A stretch of DNA of 34,713 nucleotides, from the NCBI GenBank assembly GCA_029548445.1, contig JAKPNJ010000247.1, positions 1 to 34,713 on the forward strand. The letters are read 5' to 3'. This DNA is from Bacillota bacterium. GTDB lineage: Bacteria > Bacillota > Clostridia > Saccharofermentanales > UBA5734. Position numbers and translations under genes: made by a program. The notes beneath the pieces were generated by a model. It ran no database searches. It saw only the letters and a program-made list of their open reading frames with translations, and was not told the origin of the DNA. Shown in pieces: positions 18,034 through 25,643 of this stretch (within the stretch, counting starts at the first letter, position 1; the number at the start of each line of letters is the position of its first letter).

Positions 18034-18586
18034 TCGACTCTCCCCCGCCTTCGCGGCTCTCGCGGCCCTCTCGGCTCTTGCGGTCTTCCCGGCCTTCCCG
18101 TCCGTCCGCCGCCCTTCTTCCCGAATCCGCCGGTTCCCCGGACCATCGGGACGCCTCGTAGGCCCGGATCCGTTCCACCTTGGGCAGGGATCCCCCGCCC
18201 TCGAATTCCGACTCGAGCCAGGTAGCCACCAGGGTCCTGGCCAGTTCCTCGCCCACCACCCGGGCGCCCAGCGCCATGACCTGGGCGTCGTTGCTCTTCC
18301 GGGCCCGCTGGGCCGAGTACGGATCGTGGCACACCGCCGCCCGGACCCCCGGGACCTTGTTGGCTGCAATGGCCATGCCGATCCCCGTCCCGCAAACCAG
18401 GATCCCCCGGGCATGCCGGCCGGCAGCAATGCCCTCGGCCACGGCGATGGCGATGTCGGGATAGAGGACCGGCCTCGTATCGTGGACGCCGTAGTCCTCG
18501 ACATCAAAACCCCGGTCCTGCAGAAATGACTTCAGGCGCTCCTTCAGGGCGAATCCCGCTTCGTCGCTGCCGATGGCGATGGTCAA
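18014..18586 (-). CDS. RpiB/LacAB-family sugar-phosphate isomerase with a charged low-complexity C-terminal tail
   Basis: A TTG start gives (M)TIAIGSDEAGFALKERLK..., matching the canonical RpiB N-terminus MKIAIGSDHAGF. It is preceded by AGGGGAGGAAAGgcc. ILVCGTGIGMAIAANK is the RpiB active-site loop. The tail REGREDRKSREGRESREGGGES overlaps the dhaK start by 20 nt. Confidence 0.8.
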   Translation of the reverse strand: MTIAIGSDEAGFALKERLKSFLQDRGFDVEDYGVHDTRPVLYPDIAIAVAEGIAAGRHARGILVCGTGIGMAIAANKVPGVRAAVCHDPYSAQRARKSNDAQVMALGARVVGEELARTLVATWLESEFEGGGSLPKVERIRAYEASRWSGEPADSGRRAADGREGREDRKSREGRESREGGGESNAADCQ

Positions 18587-18639
18587 GGCCTTTCCTCCCC
18601 TGGGTCCGGGCTGGCGGGTCCGGATGGACACATGGCTTT

Positions 18640-18700
18640 CTTGGTGCGCAGTATTTCATATATGAATTATAGTTATCTTATATGATTTGATTGTATGCCT
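18640..18700 (-). promoter_or_regulatory. AT-rich promoter/operator island upstream of the rpiB-dhaKL-isomerase operon; contains the perfect palindrome TTCATATATGAA and the 12-mer TTATCTTATATG
   Basis: About 35% GC against a ~70% background. The 12-bp palindrome ttcatatatgaa sits at about 18654-18665. A minus-strand TATAAT lies in the island. The island is between the rpiB operon and the IclR gene. Confidence 0.5.
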
Positions 18701-18803
18701 CCAGCCCGGTTCCGTCAAGACAGGAACAGGGCCCCCGGCGGGGGCCCTGCGGTGTGGCGGCGGAAGGGAACGGAAGGAACGGCGGGAGACCGCCGGCCCG
18801 GCC

Positions 18804-19613
18804 TCAGTCCCGGGCGCCCAGGCGGGCCGACAGGTCCCGGGCGGCCTCGCGGACCAGTCCGGCCAGTTCGGCGAACCGCCGGGGATCCAGGTATTCCTCC
18901 ACGTGGCCCGTAATGCCCAGGGCGGCGGTCACGACGCCCGCATGATCGAACACCGGCGCAGCCAGGCACCCGATCCCGATGGCGAATTCCTCGATGTCCA
19001 CGGCGTACCCGTCCAGGCGGACCCGGTCCAGCTGTTCCAGGAAGGCGTCCCGGTCCTGGAGGCTCCGGGCGGTACGCTTCTCCAGGGTGGCGGCCTGGAC
19101 ATACTCGCGACGCTCGGTGTCCGACAGGAAGGCCAGCAGGACCTTGGCGGAGGCGCTGAGGTTGACGGGGATCACGGTTCGGAGGGGAGCGATGATGCTG
19201 ACGGGCCGGAGGGGCAGGACCTGGTCCACATACAGGACGCCGTCCCGCTGGAGGAGACCCAGTTGGGCGGTCTGGCCGCAGCGGGCCGAGAGCGTCTTCA
19301 GGACGGGCCGGGCGACCTCGACGGGGTCCAGCTGCCGGACCAGGTGGCGGGAGAGGGTCAGGAGGCGAAACCCCAGGCCGAAGCGCGACTGGGTTCCGGG
19401 GTATTCCTTGAGGTACTCCCGGGCGGTCAGCTGGCGGACGATCCGGAAGGCCGAAGCCGGGGGAATGTCCAGGGCCTTGGAGAGTTCCTTCAGGGTGGCA
19501 GGCCCCTCGAGGTCGCCCAGGAACTCCAGGATGTCCAGGACCCGCTCCAGGGCGGGCACGGCCGGGGGACGGGACGGGGATGCGCCGGCTTCCCGGTTGG
19601 TTCGATTCGCCAC
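18804..19613 (-). CDS. IclR-family transcriptional regulator
   Basis: N-terminal wHTH (LERVLDILEFLGDLEGPATLKELSKALDIPPASAFRIVRQL) plus a C-terminal IclR effector domain. GTG start (VANRT) with a strong RBS AAAGGGAGGG and a 6-nt spacer; the ORF-track ATG start would overlap the NusG paralog. Confidence 0.85.
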   Translation of the reverse strand: MANRTNREAGASPSRPPAVPALERVLDILEFLGDLEGPATLKELSKALDIPPASAFRIVRQLTAREYLKEYPGTQSRFGLGFRLLTLSRHLVRQLDPVEVARPVLKTLSARCGQTAQLGLLQRDGVLYVDQVLPLRPVSIIAPLRTVIPVNLSASAKVLLAFLSDTERREYVQAATLEKRTARSLQDRDAFLEQLDRVRLDGYAVDIEEFAIGIGCLAAPVFDHAGVVTAALGITGHVEEYLDPRRFAELAGLVREAARDLSARLGARD

Positions 19614-19632
19614 GGAATACCCTCCCTTTCGC

Positions 19633-20271
19633 CTAGTCGGGATCATCGACGAATTCGGCGGCGATGTCGATGACATGGACCGCTTCCTCCAGCGAAATCC
19701 GGATCCGGACCCGGTGCTTCCGGCGGTTCACCCCGACGATCACGCCCTCCAGGCCCACCAGGGGTCCCGACGCCACCTTGACGGTCTGGCCTTCGCAATG
19801 GACCCGGGAGAAGGTGATCAGGTCCCCGCCCCGGGTCAGGCGCAAAATGATCTCCATCTCCCGGGCCGGCACCGGGGTTGGCAGGCGTCCGGCCCCGGAG
19901 GCCCGCTGGCCCAGGATCTTCAGGACATGGGCCAGGGACCGGATCCGGAAATACAGGACCTCGTCCATGACCGTCCGGACGAAAAGGTAGCCCGGCAATA
20001 ACGGGCGCCGGACCGTCCGCTCCCGGCCCATGCACCGCTCGATCATCTCCCGGATCGGCAGCAGGACCTGCAGGCCGGGATCCAGGTAGGACAGCTGCCG
20101 GCGGACGCTTTCCTCCGAGCCGGTCCGCACGAACAGCGCAAACCACTGCGCGTCCCGCGGCGGTTCCGTCGTCGGCCGCTCCACATTCCGGGTCGTTCCT
20201 GCGTCGTCCACCGGCTGCCCCTCTCCGAAATCGTCGCCTCCCATTCTATTCGTTTCCCGGGAAGCCCGCAA
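19633..20271 (-). CDS. Specialised NusG paralog (NGN + KOW domains; LoaP/UpxY/RfaH-like processive antiterminator)
   Basis: NGN domain: WFALFVRTGSEESVRRQL...LLPIREMIERCMGRERTVRRPLLPGYLFVRTVMDE...RIRSLAHVLKILG. KOW domain: GQTVKVASGPLVGLEGVIVGVNRRKHRVRIRISL. Start uncertain (ATG at 20271 or 20244, or a GTG after GGAGAGGGG). Confidence 0.8.
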   Translation of the reverse strand: MRASRETNRMGGDDFGEGQPVDDAGTTRNVERPTTEPPRDAQWFALFVRTGSEESVRRQLSYLDPGLQVLLPIREMIERCMGRERTVRRPLLPGYLFVRTVMDEVLYFRIRSLAHVLKILGQRASGAGRLPTPVPAREMEIILRLTRGGDLITFSRVHCEGQTVKVASGPLVGLEGVIVGVNRRKHRVRIRISLEEAVHVIDIAAEFVDDPD

Positions 20272-20332
20272 GGAAAGGCCCGGAACCGGATGCGGCCGTC
20301 CGTCGGCTGCGCCCGTCCGTCGGCAGCGGCTG

Positions 20333-21028
20333 TCAGCCCTGGCCGTAGGTGGCGGTCCGGCCGTGCTTCCGCAGGTAGTGCCGATCCAGGAGGAAGCTGT
20401 CGATGGGCTGCTTGTCCGGCCGCAGCAGGCGGGTGTGGAACGCCATCCTGGCGCACTCCTCCAGGATGACCGCGTGGTGGACCGCCTCCACGGCGTCCCG
20501 GCCCCAGGCGAAGGGCCCGTGGTCGGCCACCAGGACCGCCGGGATCGCGTCCGCCGTCAGTCCCCGCTCCTGGAAAGTCTCGATGATCACGGCGCCGGTG
20601 TTGGCCTCGTATTCGCCCTCGATCTCCTCCCGGGTCATGTTTCGGGTGCAGGGCACGGAGCCGTAGAACGTATCCGCGTGGGTCGTGCCGTAGGCCGGCA
20701 GGTCGAGGCCGGCCTGGGCGAAGATCGTGGCCCAGTGGGAATGGGTGTGGACGATGCCGCCGATGCCGGGAAAGGCCTTGTACAGCGCCAGGTGGGTCGC
20801 CGTGTCCGTGCTGGGCCGGTAGGTGCCGGACACCACCCGCCCGTCCAGGTCCACCACCACGATGTGCCGTTCCTCCATGCCCTCGTAGGGCACGCCGCTG
20901 GGCTTGATGGCCACGAGCCCCTTCTCCCGGTCGATGGAGCTGACGTTCCCCCAGGTAAAGGTCACCAGGCCGTACTCGGGCAGCAGGAGATTGGCCTCCA
21001 GGGTCTTGCGGATGATGGGCTGGATCAT
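20333..21028 (-). CDS. araD: L-ribulose-5-phosphate 4-epimerase
   Basis: Near-colinear with E. coli AraD: [79 protein letters not shown]. Start overlaps the araB stop (ATGA). Confidence 0.95.
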   Translation of the reverse strand: MIQPIIRKTLEANLLLPEYGLVTFTWGNVSSIDREKGLVAIKPSGVPYEGMEERHIVVVDLDGRVVSGTYRPSTDTATHLALYKAFPGIGGIVHTHSHWATIFAQAGLDLPAYGTTHADTFYGSVPCTRNMTREEIEGEYEANTGAVIIETFQERGLTADAIPAVLVADHGPFAWGRDAVEAVHHAVILEECARMAFHTRLLRPDKQPIDSFLLDRHYLRKHGRTATYGQG

Positions 21029-22713
21029 GTCACGCCTCCTTCCCGCGCCTGCCGGCGGATCTCCTTCAGGCGCTTCATGACGTCGTTCTCCCCCCGGCCG
21101 AAGTAGTCGTGGAGAATCCGGTACTCGGCGTACAGGCGGTCATAGACCTCGGCATGGGCCGGATTCGGCCGGTAGACCAGGTCCTTCAGCCGGGGCATGA
21201 CCCTGGCCGCCTCGAAGATGGAGTTGTACCCGCCCCGGGCCTTCCCCGCCGCCACGGCCCCGAACATGGCGGAGCCCAGGGCCACGGTCTGGTCGCTGGC
21301 GGAAATGCGGAACTCCCGGCGGGTCACGTCGGCGTAGATCTGCATCATCATGGGGTCCTTGGAGGCGATGCCGCCGCAGGCCAGGATCTCCCGGACCGGG
21401 ACGCCGTTGGCCTCGAAGGTCTCGATGATCATGCGGGTCCCGTAGGCGGTGGCCTCGATGAGGGCCCGGTAAATCTCCTCCGGCCGGGTGGCCAGGGTCA
21501 GGCCCACCATCATGCCGGTCAGGTCCACGTCCACCAGCACCGACCGGTTGCCGTTCCACCAGTCCAGGGCCAGGAGGCCGCTTTCGCCGGGCTTCTGGAC
21601 CGAGGCCTTCTCCCGGAGCAGGGCGTGGATGCCCAGTCCCCGCGCCTCGGCTTCCTTCCGATAGGATTCGGGCACGCAGGTGCGCACGAACCAGTCGAAG
21701 TGGTCGCCCACGCAGGACTGGCCGGCCTCGTATCCCAGGTACCCGGGCAGGATGCCGTCTTCCACGACGCCGCACATCCCCGGCACGTTGTGCTCCTCGG
21801 TGCCCAGGATCATGTGGCACGTGGACGTGCCCATGATCATCAGCATCCGGCCCTCTTCGGCGATCCCCACAGCCGGGACCGCCACATGGGCGTCCACATT
21901 GCCCACCGCCACCGCAGTGCCGGGCAGCAGGCCGGTCAGCTCCGCCCCCCGGGCGTTGATCTCCCCGGCCTTCTCCCCGATGGGACGAATGTTCCGGGAG
22001 AGCTTCTCGTCCACCACATGCTCCAGGGCCGGGTCCAGGGCCTTGAAAAATTCGTTGGAGGGGTAGCCGTCGCGCTTGTGCCACATGGCCTTGTAGCCGG
22101 CGGTGCAGCTGTTCCGGGCCTCGACGCCGGTCAGGAGGAGGACGATCCAGTCCGTGGCCTCCAGGAAGCGGTCGGCGGCTGTGTAAATGTGGGGCGCTTC
22201 GTCCAGGACCTGCCAGATCTTCGGGAAGAGCCATTCGGAGGAGATCTTCCCGCCGTACCGGGCCAGGAAGGCCTCGCCCCGCCGGGCCGCCACGGCGTTC
22301 AGCCGGTTGGCTTCGTCCTGGGCCGCATGGTGCTTCCATTTCTTCACATAGGCATGGGGCTCCTTCCGGAATTCCGGCAGGAAGCACAGTGGCGTTCCTT
22401 CCGCGTCGATGGGCAGGCAGGTGCAGGCGGTAAAGTCGATGCCCACCCCGATCACATCCTCCGGCGACACCCCGGCCTCCTTCAGGACCGCGGGCACCGT
22501 GTCCCGGAGCACCTCGATGTAGTCTTCCGGATCCTGGATCGTCCAGTCATGGGGCAGCCGCTGCCCCGATGCCGGCAGGACGTCCTCGATGAATCCGTGG
22601 GTGTAGTTGCGGACCGCCGTGGCCACTTCCCGGCCCGTGTCCACCTCCACCAGCAGCGCCCTGCCCGACAGGGACCCGAAATCGATGCCCAGCGAATACT
22701 TCCTGTTGCCCAT
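21025..22713 (-). CDS. araB: Ribulokinase (FGGY family)
   Basis: [24 protein letters not shown] is the FGGY N-terminus typical of AraB; the length (562 aa) and C-terminal motifs are consistent. RBS AAGGAGGAACGGAC-ATG. The 18-codon upstream extension in the ORF track is rejected. Confidence 0.93.
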   Translation of the reverse strand: MGNRKYSLGIDFGSLSGRALLVEVDTGREVATAVRNYTHGFIEDVLPASGQRLPHDWTIQDPEDYIEVLRDTVPAVLKEAGVSPEDVIGVGIDFTACTCLPIDAEGTPLCFLPEFRKEPHAYVKKWKHHAAQDEANRLNAVAARRGEAFLARYGGKISSEWLFPKIWQVLDEAPHIYTAADRFLEATDWIVLLLTGVEARNSCTAGYKAMWHKRDGYPSNEFFKALDPALEHVVDEKLSRNIRPIGEKAGEINARGAELTGLLPGTAVAVGNVDAHVAVPAVGIAEEGRMLMIMGTSTCHMILGTEEHNVPGMCGVVEDGILPGYLGYEAGQSCVGDHFDWFVRTCVPESYRKEAEARGLGIHALLREKASVQKPGESGLLALDWWNGNRSVLVDVDLTGMMVGLTLATRPEEIYRALIEATAYGTRMIIETFEANGVPVREILACGGIASKDPMMMQIYADVTRREFRISASDQTVALGSAMFGAVAAGKARGGYNSIFEAARVMPRLKDLVYRPNPAHAEVYDRLYAEYRILHDYFGRGENDVMKRLKEIRRQAREGGVT

Positions 22714-22794
22714 GTCCGTTCCTCCTTGCGTGTGCCGTTTCCCGGCCGTTTCCGAACTTCCCTGCATCCCGATTCCTGGTCCCGGTTCGCCCTG

Positions 22795-24027
22795 TTACCC
22801 CGGCGGCGGGCCGGTGCTCCGGCCGGGGATCAGCCGGGCCGGCATCACGAGTTCCCTCGGAGAGGCCGACGGGTCCCGCAGCCGCTCCAGCAGCAGTTCC
22901 ACCGCCCGGACGCCCAGCCGCCTCCGGGGATGGGTCACGGTGGTCAGGCCTCCCAGCCCGCCGTCCCGGTCCGCTCCCGCCGTTCCGGATGCCCCTGCAA
23001 CCCCCGGCCCAGGGCCGTACCAGGCAGACAGCCGGGCCAAGTCGGACCCGTCGAACCCGGTCAGGGAGAGATCCTCCGGAATTCGGACGCCCTTGCGTCC
23101 CATGGCCTCCGCCAGGCGGACCCCAACCTGGTCGTTGTAGCAGCAAAGCGCCGTGGGCCGACGATCGGGCGGACAGGCCAGCCAGCGGTCAGCCGTCCGG
23201 TCCGCCAGGGCGTCGGGGTCCCGCAGGTCCCCGGCGTCGAACCAGAGGAGCAGCCCGGCGTCGTCTTCCCCTGCCGAAAGGCCCAGGTCGGCGATGGCCC
23301 GCCGGAATCCCTCCCGGCGCCGGCATCCCTGGATGTCGTCTTGCTTGAACAGGCCGCCGATCCGCCGATGGCCCAGGCCATGGAGATGCCGGACCAGCCG
23401 GTCCATGCCGCCCTCGTCGTCCGGCCGGACGCAGGAGGCGGCGACGTCGGGCAGGTCGCCGTGGATGAACACCACCGGCATCCGCTCCGCCAGGTGGGCG
23501 ATGGCGGACCGATTGCCCCCGGGAAGGGCGCTGCGGGCGGGCTCCAGGACCAGGCCGTCCATGCCCTGTTCCTGGAGGGTCTGCAGGCAGCGGGCCTCCC
23601 GGGAAGTCGAGTTGCCCGAGGAGGCCATGACCAGGCCCAGGCCGGCCTGCTGCAGCCGTCCGTCGATGCCCTGGAGGATGTCGGTAAAAATATAGTGGTC
23701 GAGGTGGGAAATCAGGACGCCGATCCGGCCGGTGGACCGGGACGGGGCGGCCGCTCCGCCTTTGGATCCGCGGGTCCGGGCAGGGGTCCGGACATAGGTG
23801 CCGCTGCCCCGGGTTCGCTCCAGCAGGCCGTCGTGGGTCAGGTCCGACAGGGCCTGGCGGGCGGTGTTGCGGCTGATCCCGAACCGGGCGGCCAGGTCGT
23901 TTTCGGAGGGAGCCCGGTCCCCCGGGCGGAGGCGGCCTTCCCGGACCAGCCCCCGGATCCATTCCCGGACCTGGACATACTTGGGCTGTCCGTTGGCGGT
24001 GGTCGGCTCCTGTCCGGTTCGGTCCAT
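22795..24027 (-). CDS. araR: AraR-type arabinose repressor (GntR-family N-terminal HTH fused to LacI/GalR-type periplasmic-binding-like effector domain)
   Basis: GntR HTH YVQVREWIRGLVREGRLRPGDRAPSENDLAARFGISRNTARQALSDLTHDGLLERTRGSGTYV is followed by a LacI-type sugar-binding domain. This is the same chimeric architecture as Bacillus AraR. Start at MDRTGQEP. Confidence 0.85.
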   Translation of the reverse strand: MDRTGQEPTTANGQPKYVQVREWIRGLVREGRLRPGDRAPSENDLAARFGISRNTARQALSDLTHDGLLERTRGSGTYVRTPARTRGSKGGAAAPSRSTGRIGVLISHLDHYIFTDILQGIDGRLQQAGLGLVMASSGNSTSREARCLQTLQEQGMDGLVLEPARSALPGGNRSAIAHLAERMPVVFIHGDLPDVAASCVRPDDEGGMDRLVRHLHGLGHRRIGGLFKQDDIQGCRRREGFRRAIADLGLSAGEDDAGLLLWFDAGDLRDPDALADRTADRWLACPPDRRPTALCCYNDQVGVRLAEAMGRKGVRIPEDLSLTGFDGSDLARLSAWYGPGPGVAGASGTAGADRDGGLGGLTTVTHPRRRLGVRAVELLLERLRDPSASPRELVMPARLIPGRSTGPPPG

Positions 24028-24055
24028 GGCCCCTCCCCCGGCGTCGCACTCGGGA

Positions 24056-24071
24056 AGTTGTTCATACAACT
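24056..24071 (-). promoter_or_regulatory. AraR-box-like 16-bp palindrome AGTTGTtcatACAACT upstream of araR (likely autoregulatory operator)
   Basis: Perfect 6-bp arms AGTTGT/ACAACT. The half-sites TTGTtc/atACAA match 10 of 12 positions of the Bacillus AraR operator core TTGTAC/GTACAA. Located about 30-45 nt upstream of the araR ATG. Confidence 0.5.
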
Positions 24072-24120
24072 GCCCTGATTTTACCAAGGCGGCGCCCCAG
24101 GGGCAAGGGGACGGCGTCCA

Positions 24121-24492
24121 CTACAGGGGATCGAGCTCCACGAGACCGATCACGGTATCCACCACATCCGCCAAAATGTCCGGTGGGCAGGATTCAATAA
24201 AGACCGCTCCCCGGGCGATCGGGTCGATGGCTCGTACCTGGTCGCAGAGAACGACTCCCTGTGTATTGGTTCGCTCGTCAAGATCCATATGGATCGGCAG
24301 TCCCTTGCGAGTCCGTGTGATCGGGCAGGCCACCACCGTCGAGGCTCGCTCATTGTATTGATTTCGACTGATTATCAAGGCAGGACGATATCCCTTCTGT
24401 TCATGACCGTCCTGCGAACTGAAGTCGATTCGGACGATGTCTCCCTGTCGCGGCATATGGACTCGGGTATACCGTGTTGCCGAACGGGCCAT
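24121..24492 (-). CDS. mazF: MazF/PemK-family type II toxin (mRNA interferase)
   Basis: GDIVRIDFSSQDGHEQKGYRPALIISRNQYNE is the canonical PemK/MazF N-terminal strand-loop. About 120 aa. The start overlaps the antitoxin stop by 1 nt (TAATG). Confidence 0.9.
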   Translation of the reverse strand: MARSATRYTRVHMPRQGDIVRIDFSSQDGHEQKGYRPALIISRNQYNERASTVVACPITRTRKGLPIHMDLDERTNTQGVVLCDQVRAIDPIARGAVFIESCPPDILADVVDTVIGLVELDPL

Positions 24493-24740
24493 TACCAGAC
24501 CTCCTTCCCGACCCGTCCATCCCAGTCGGGCACCGACGAATCCAGCCGTCCTGCATAATCGCCCAATCGTTCCGACAGGGTCCGATGCGATCGTTGTGGA
24601 CGAAAACGGACAATTCGAATCTCGCCATCCTCCGCCAGGAGGGAAACCGGGTCATCGACCCGGAACCCCGCCTTATTCATATCATCCTTCGGGAGCCGAA
24701 CAGCGCAGCTGTTCCCCCAGCGGGCAATCCTGGTTGTCAT
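24492..24740 (-). CDS. mazE: MazE/AbrB-type (SpoVT/AbrB swapped-hairpin) antitoxin
   Basis: MTTRIARWGNSCAVRLPKDDMNKAGFRVDDPVSLLAEDGEIRIVRF matches the MazE/PemI AbrB-fold (RWGNS.A.R.P). 82 aa. RBS GGAGGTGG. The ORF-track version carries a 160-codon spurious N-terminal extension that overlaps the XRE gene. Confidence 0.8.
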   Translation of the reverse strand: MTTRIARWGNSCAVRLPKDDMNKAGFRVDDPVSLLAEDGEIRIVRFRPQRSHRTLSERLGDYAGRLDSSVPDWDGRVGKEVW

Positions 24741-24819
24741 CGGAACCACCTCCGAGATCAGTATATCCCATGTAGATACGTCGAACAAGTCCGGCCAGGC
24801 GGCCCGTCCCAACGGAATA

Positions 24820-25386
24820 CTATGGTTCCGCCGGCCAGAGGTCCCGGTCCAGGTACAGGGCGGCTTCGGACCGAAGGGCACTGTTGGCGTACAGGCTCTC
24901 CTGGTTCGCCAGGATGGACCGCCGGGCCAGCCGGACCGCCGCGTCGGCGTCGCCGGTCCGGGCGGCCTCCCGGGCCGCCCCCAGGCAGGCATGGGCCAGG
25001 AGGATCCGGGCCTCCTCCCGGGCGGGCCCCGCCTCCGGATCGGCCAGGACCGCCTCCGCCCCCTGGATCGCCTCCAGGAACGCGCCGGATCGCAGGGCGC
25101 TTCTCGACGGCCCCAGGGGATCCTCCCACCGGCCGCGACCGGGCGACACGGCCTCGCCGACCGGGTCGGACCCGCGGTCCGGTTCCGGGCCGGCCAGCAG
25201 CTCCGCCTGGGAGATTCCGAGGGCACGGGACAGGGATTCCAGGGTTTTCAGCGACGGCGAGGCGAGGCCGTTCTCGATCTGGCTCAGCATGCTCCGGGTA
25301 ATCCGGTCTCCCGCCAGGTCCTGCTGGGTCATCTGCCGGGCAATCCGAAGTTCCTTGATCCGTCGTCCGATCCGGGCCGGATCCAT
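24820..25386 (-). CDS. XRE-family (Cro/CI HTH) transcriptional regulator with C-terminal TPR-like helical domain
   Basis: IGRRIKELRIARQMTQQDLAGDRITRSMLSQIENGLASPSLKTLESLSRALGIS is the HTH_XRE signature. The C-terminal ~90 aa form helical repeats. Start at MDPARIG (RBS GGGGAGG); upstream extension in the ORF track rejected. Confidence 0.8.
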   Translation of the reverse strand: MDPARIGRRIKELRIARQMTQQDLAGDRITRSMLSQIENGLASPSLKTLESLSRALGISQAELLAGPEPDRGSDPVGEAVSPGRGRWEDPLGPSRSALRSGAFLEAIQGAEAVLADPEAGPAREEARILLAHACLGAAREAARTGDADAAVRLARRSILANQESLYANSALRSEAALYLDRDLWPAEP

Positions 25387-25407
25387 GGGAACACCTCCCC
25401 TCTGAAT

Positions 25408-25455
25408 GTCAATATAATTTACATTCATCCTACCGCGCCGGCCGGAAGATGTCAA
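25408..25455 (-). promoter_or_regulatory. Promoter of the XRE regulator (minus strand TTGACA-N17-TAGGAT) with operator palindrome overlapping the -10/+1 region
   Basis: On the minus strand, TTGACA is the complement of 25450-25455, then a 17-nt spacer, then TAGGAT (complement of 25427-25432). The palindromic site GTCAATataATTTAC (25408-25422) lies immediately downstream. Confidence 0.55.
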
Positions 25456-25489
25456 TTCACCTCCATCGGTCCTTCGAGCCGGAAGGTTC

Positions 25490-25537
25490 TTGACAGGCGG
25501 CGTTCACGGGGATAGAATCATGGTAAACTACATTTAC
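25490..25537 (+). promoter_or_regulatory. Promoter of the nfeD-flotillin operon (TTGACA-N17-TAGAAT) with operator GTAAACtacATTTAC at +1
   Basis: ttgaca at 25490-25495, a 17-nt spacer, tagaat at 25513-25518. A near-perfect 15-bp palindrome occupies 25523-25537, the same motif class as the site in the XRE promoter. Confidence 0.6.
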
Positions 25538-25643
25538 AACCTCGTCGCATCTCCTGTCGATGCGATGGCGCGACACCGCAGGAAGCGGGCGGGCACCAGC
25601 CGGTGCCGGAGCGCACCGGATCGGGTGTGGAAAGGAGCGTTCA

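Noticed and set aside
24741-25226. N-terminal 160 codons of the 244-aa ORF 24492..25226 (-)
   Set aside because: Only the last 82 codons (from MTTRIARWGNS, RBS GGAGGTGG) form the AbrB-fold antitoxin. The upstream part is low-complexity and overlaps the well-supported XRE regulator gene in another frame.
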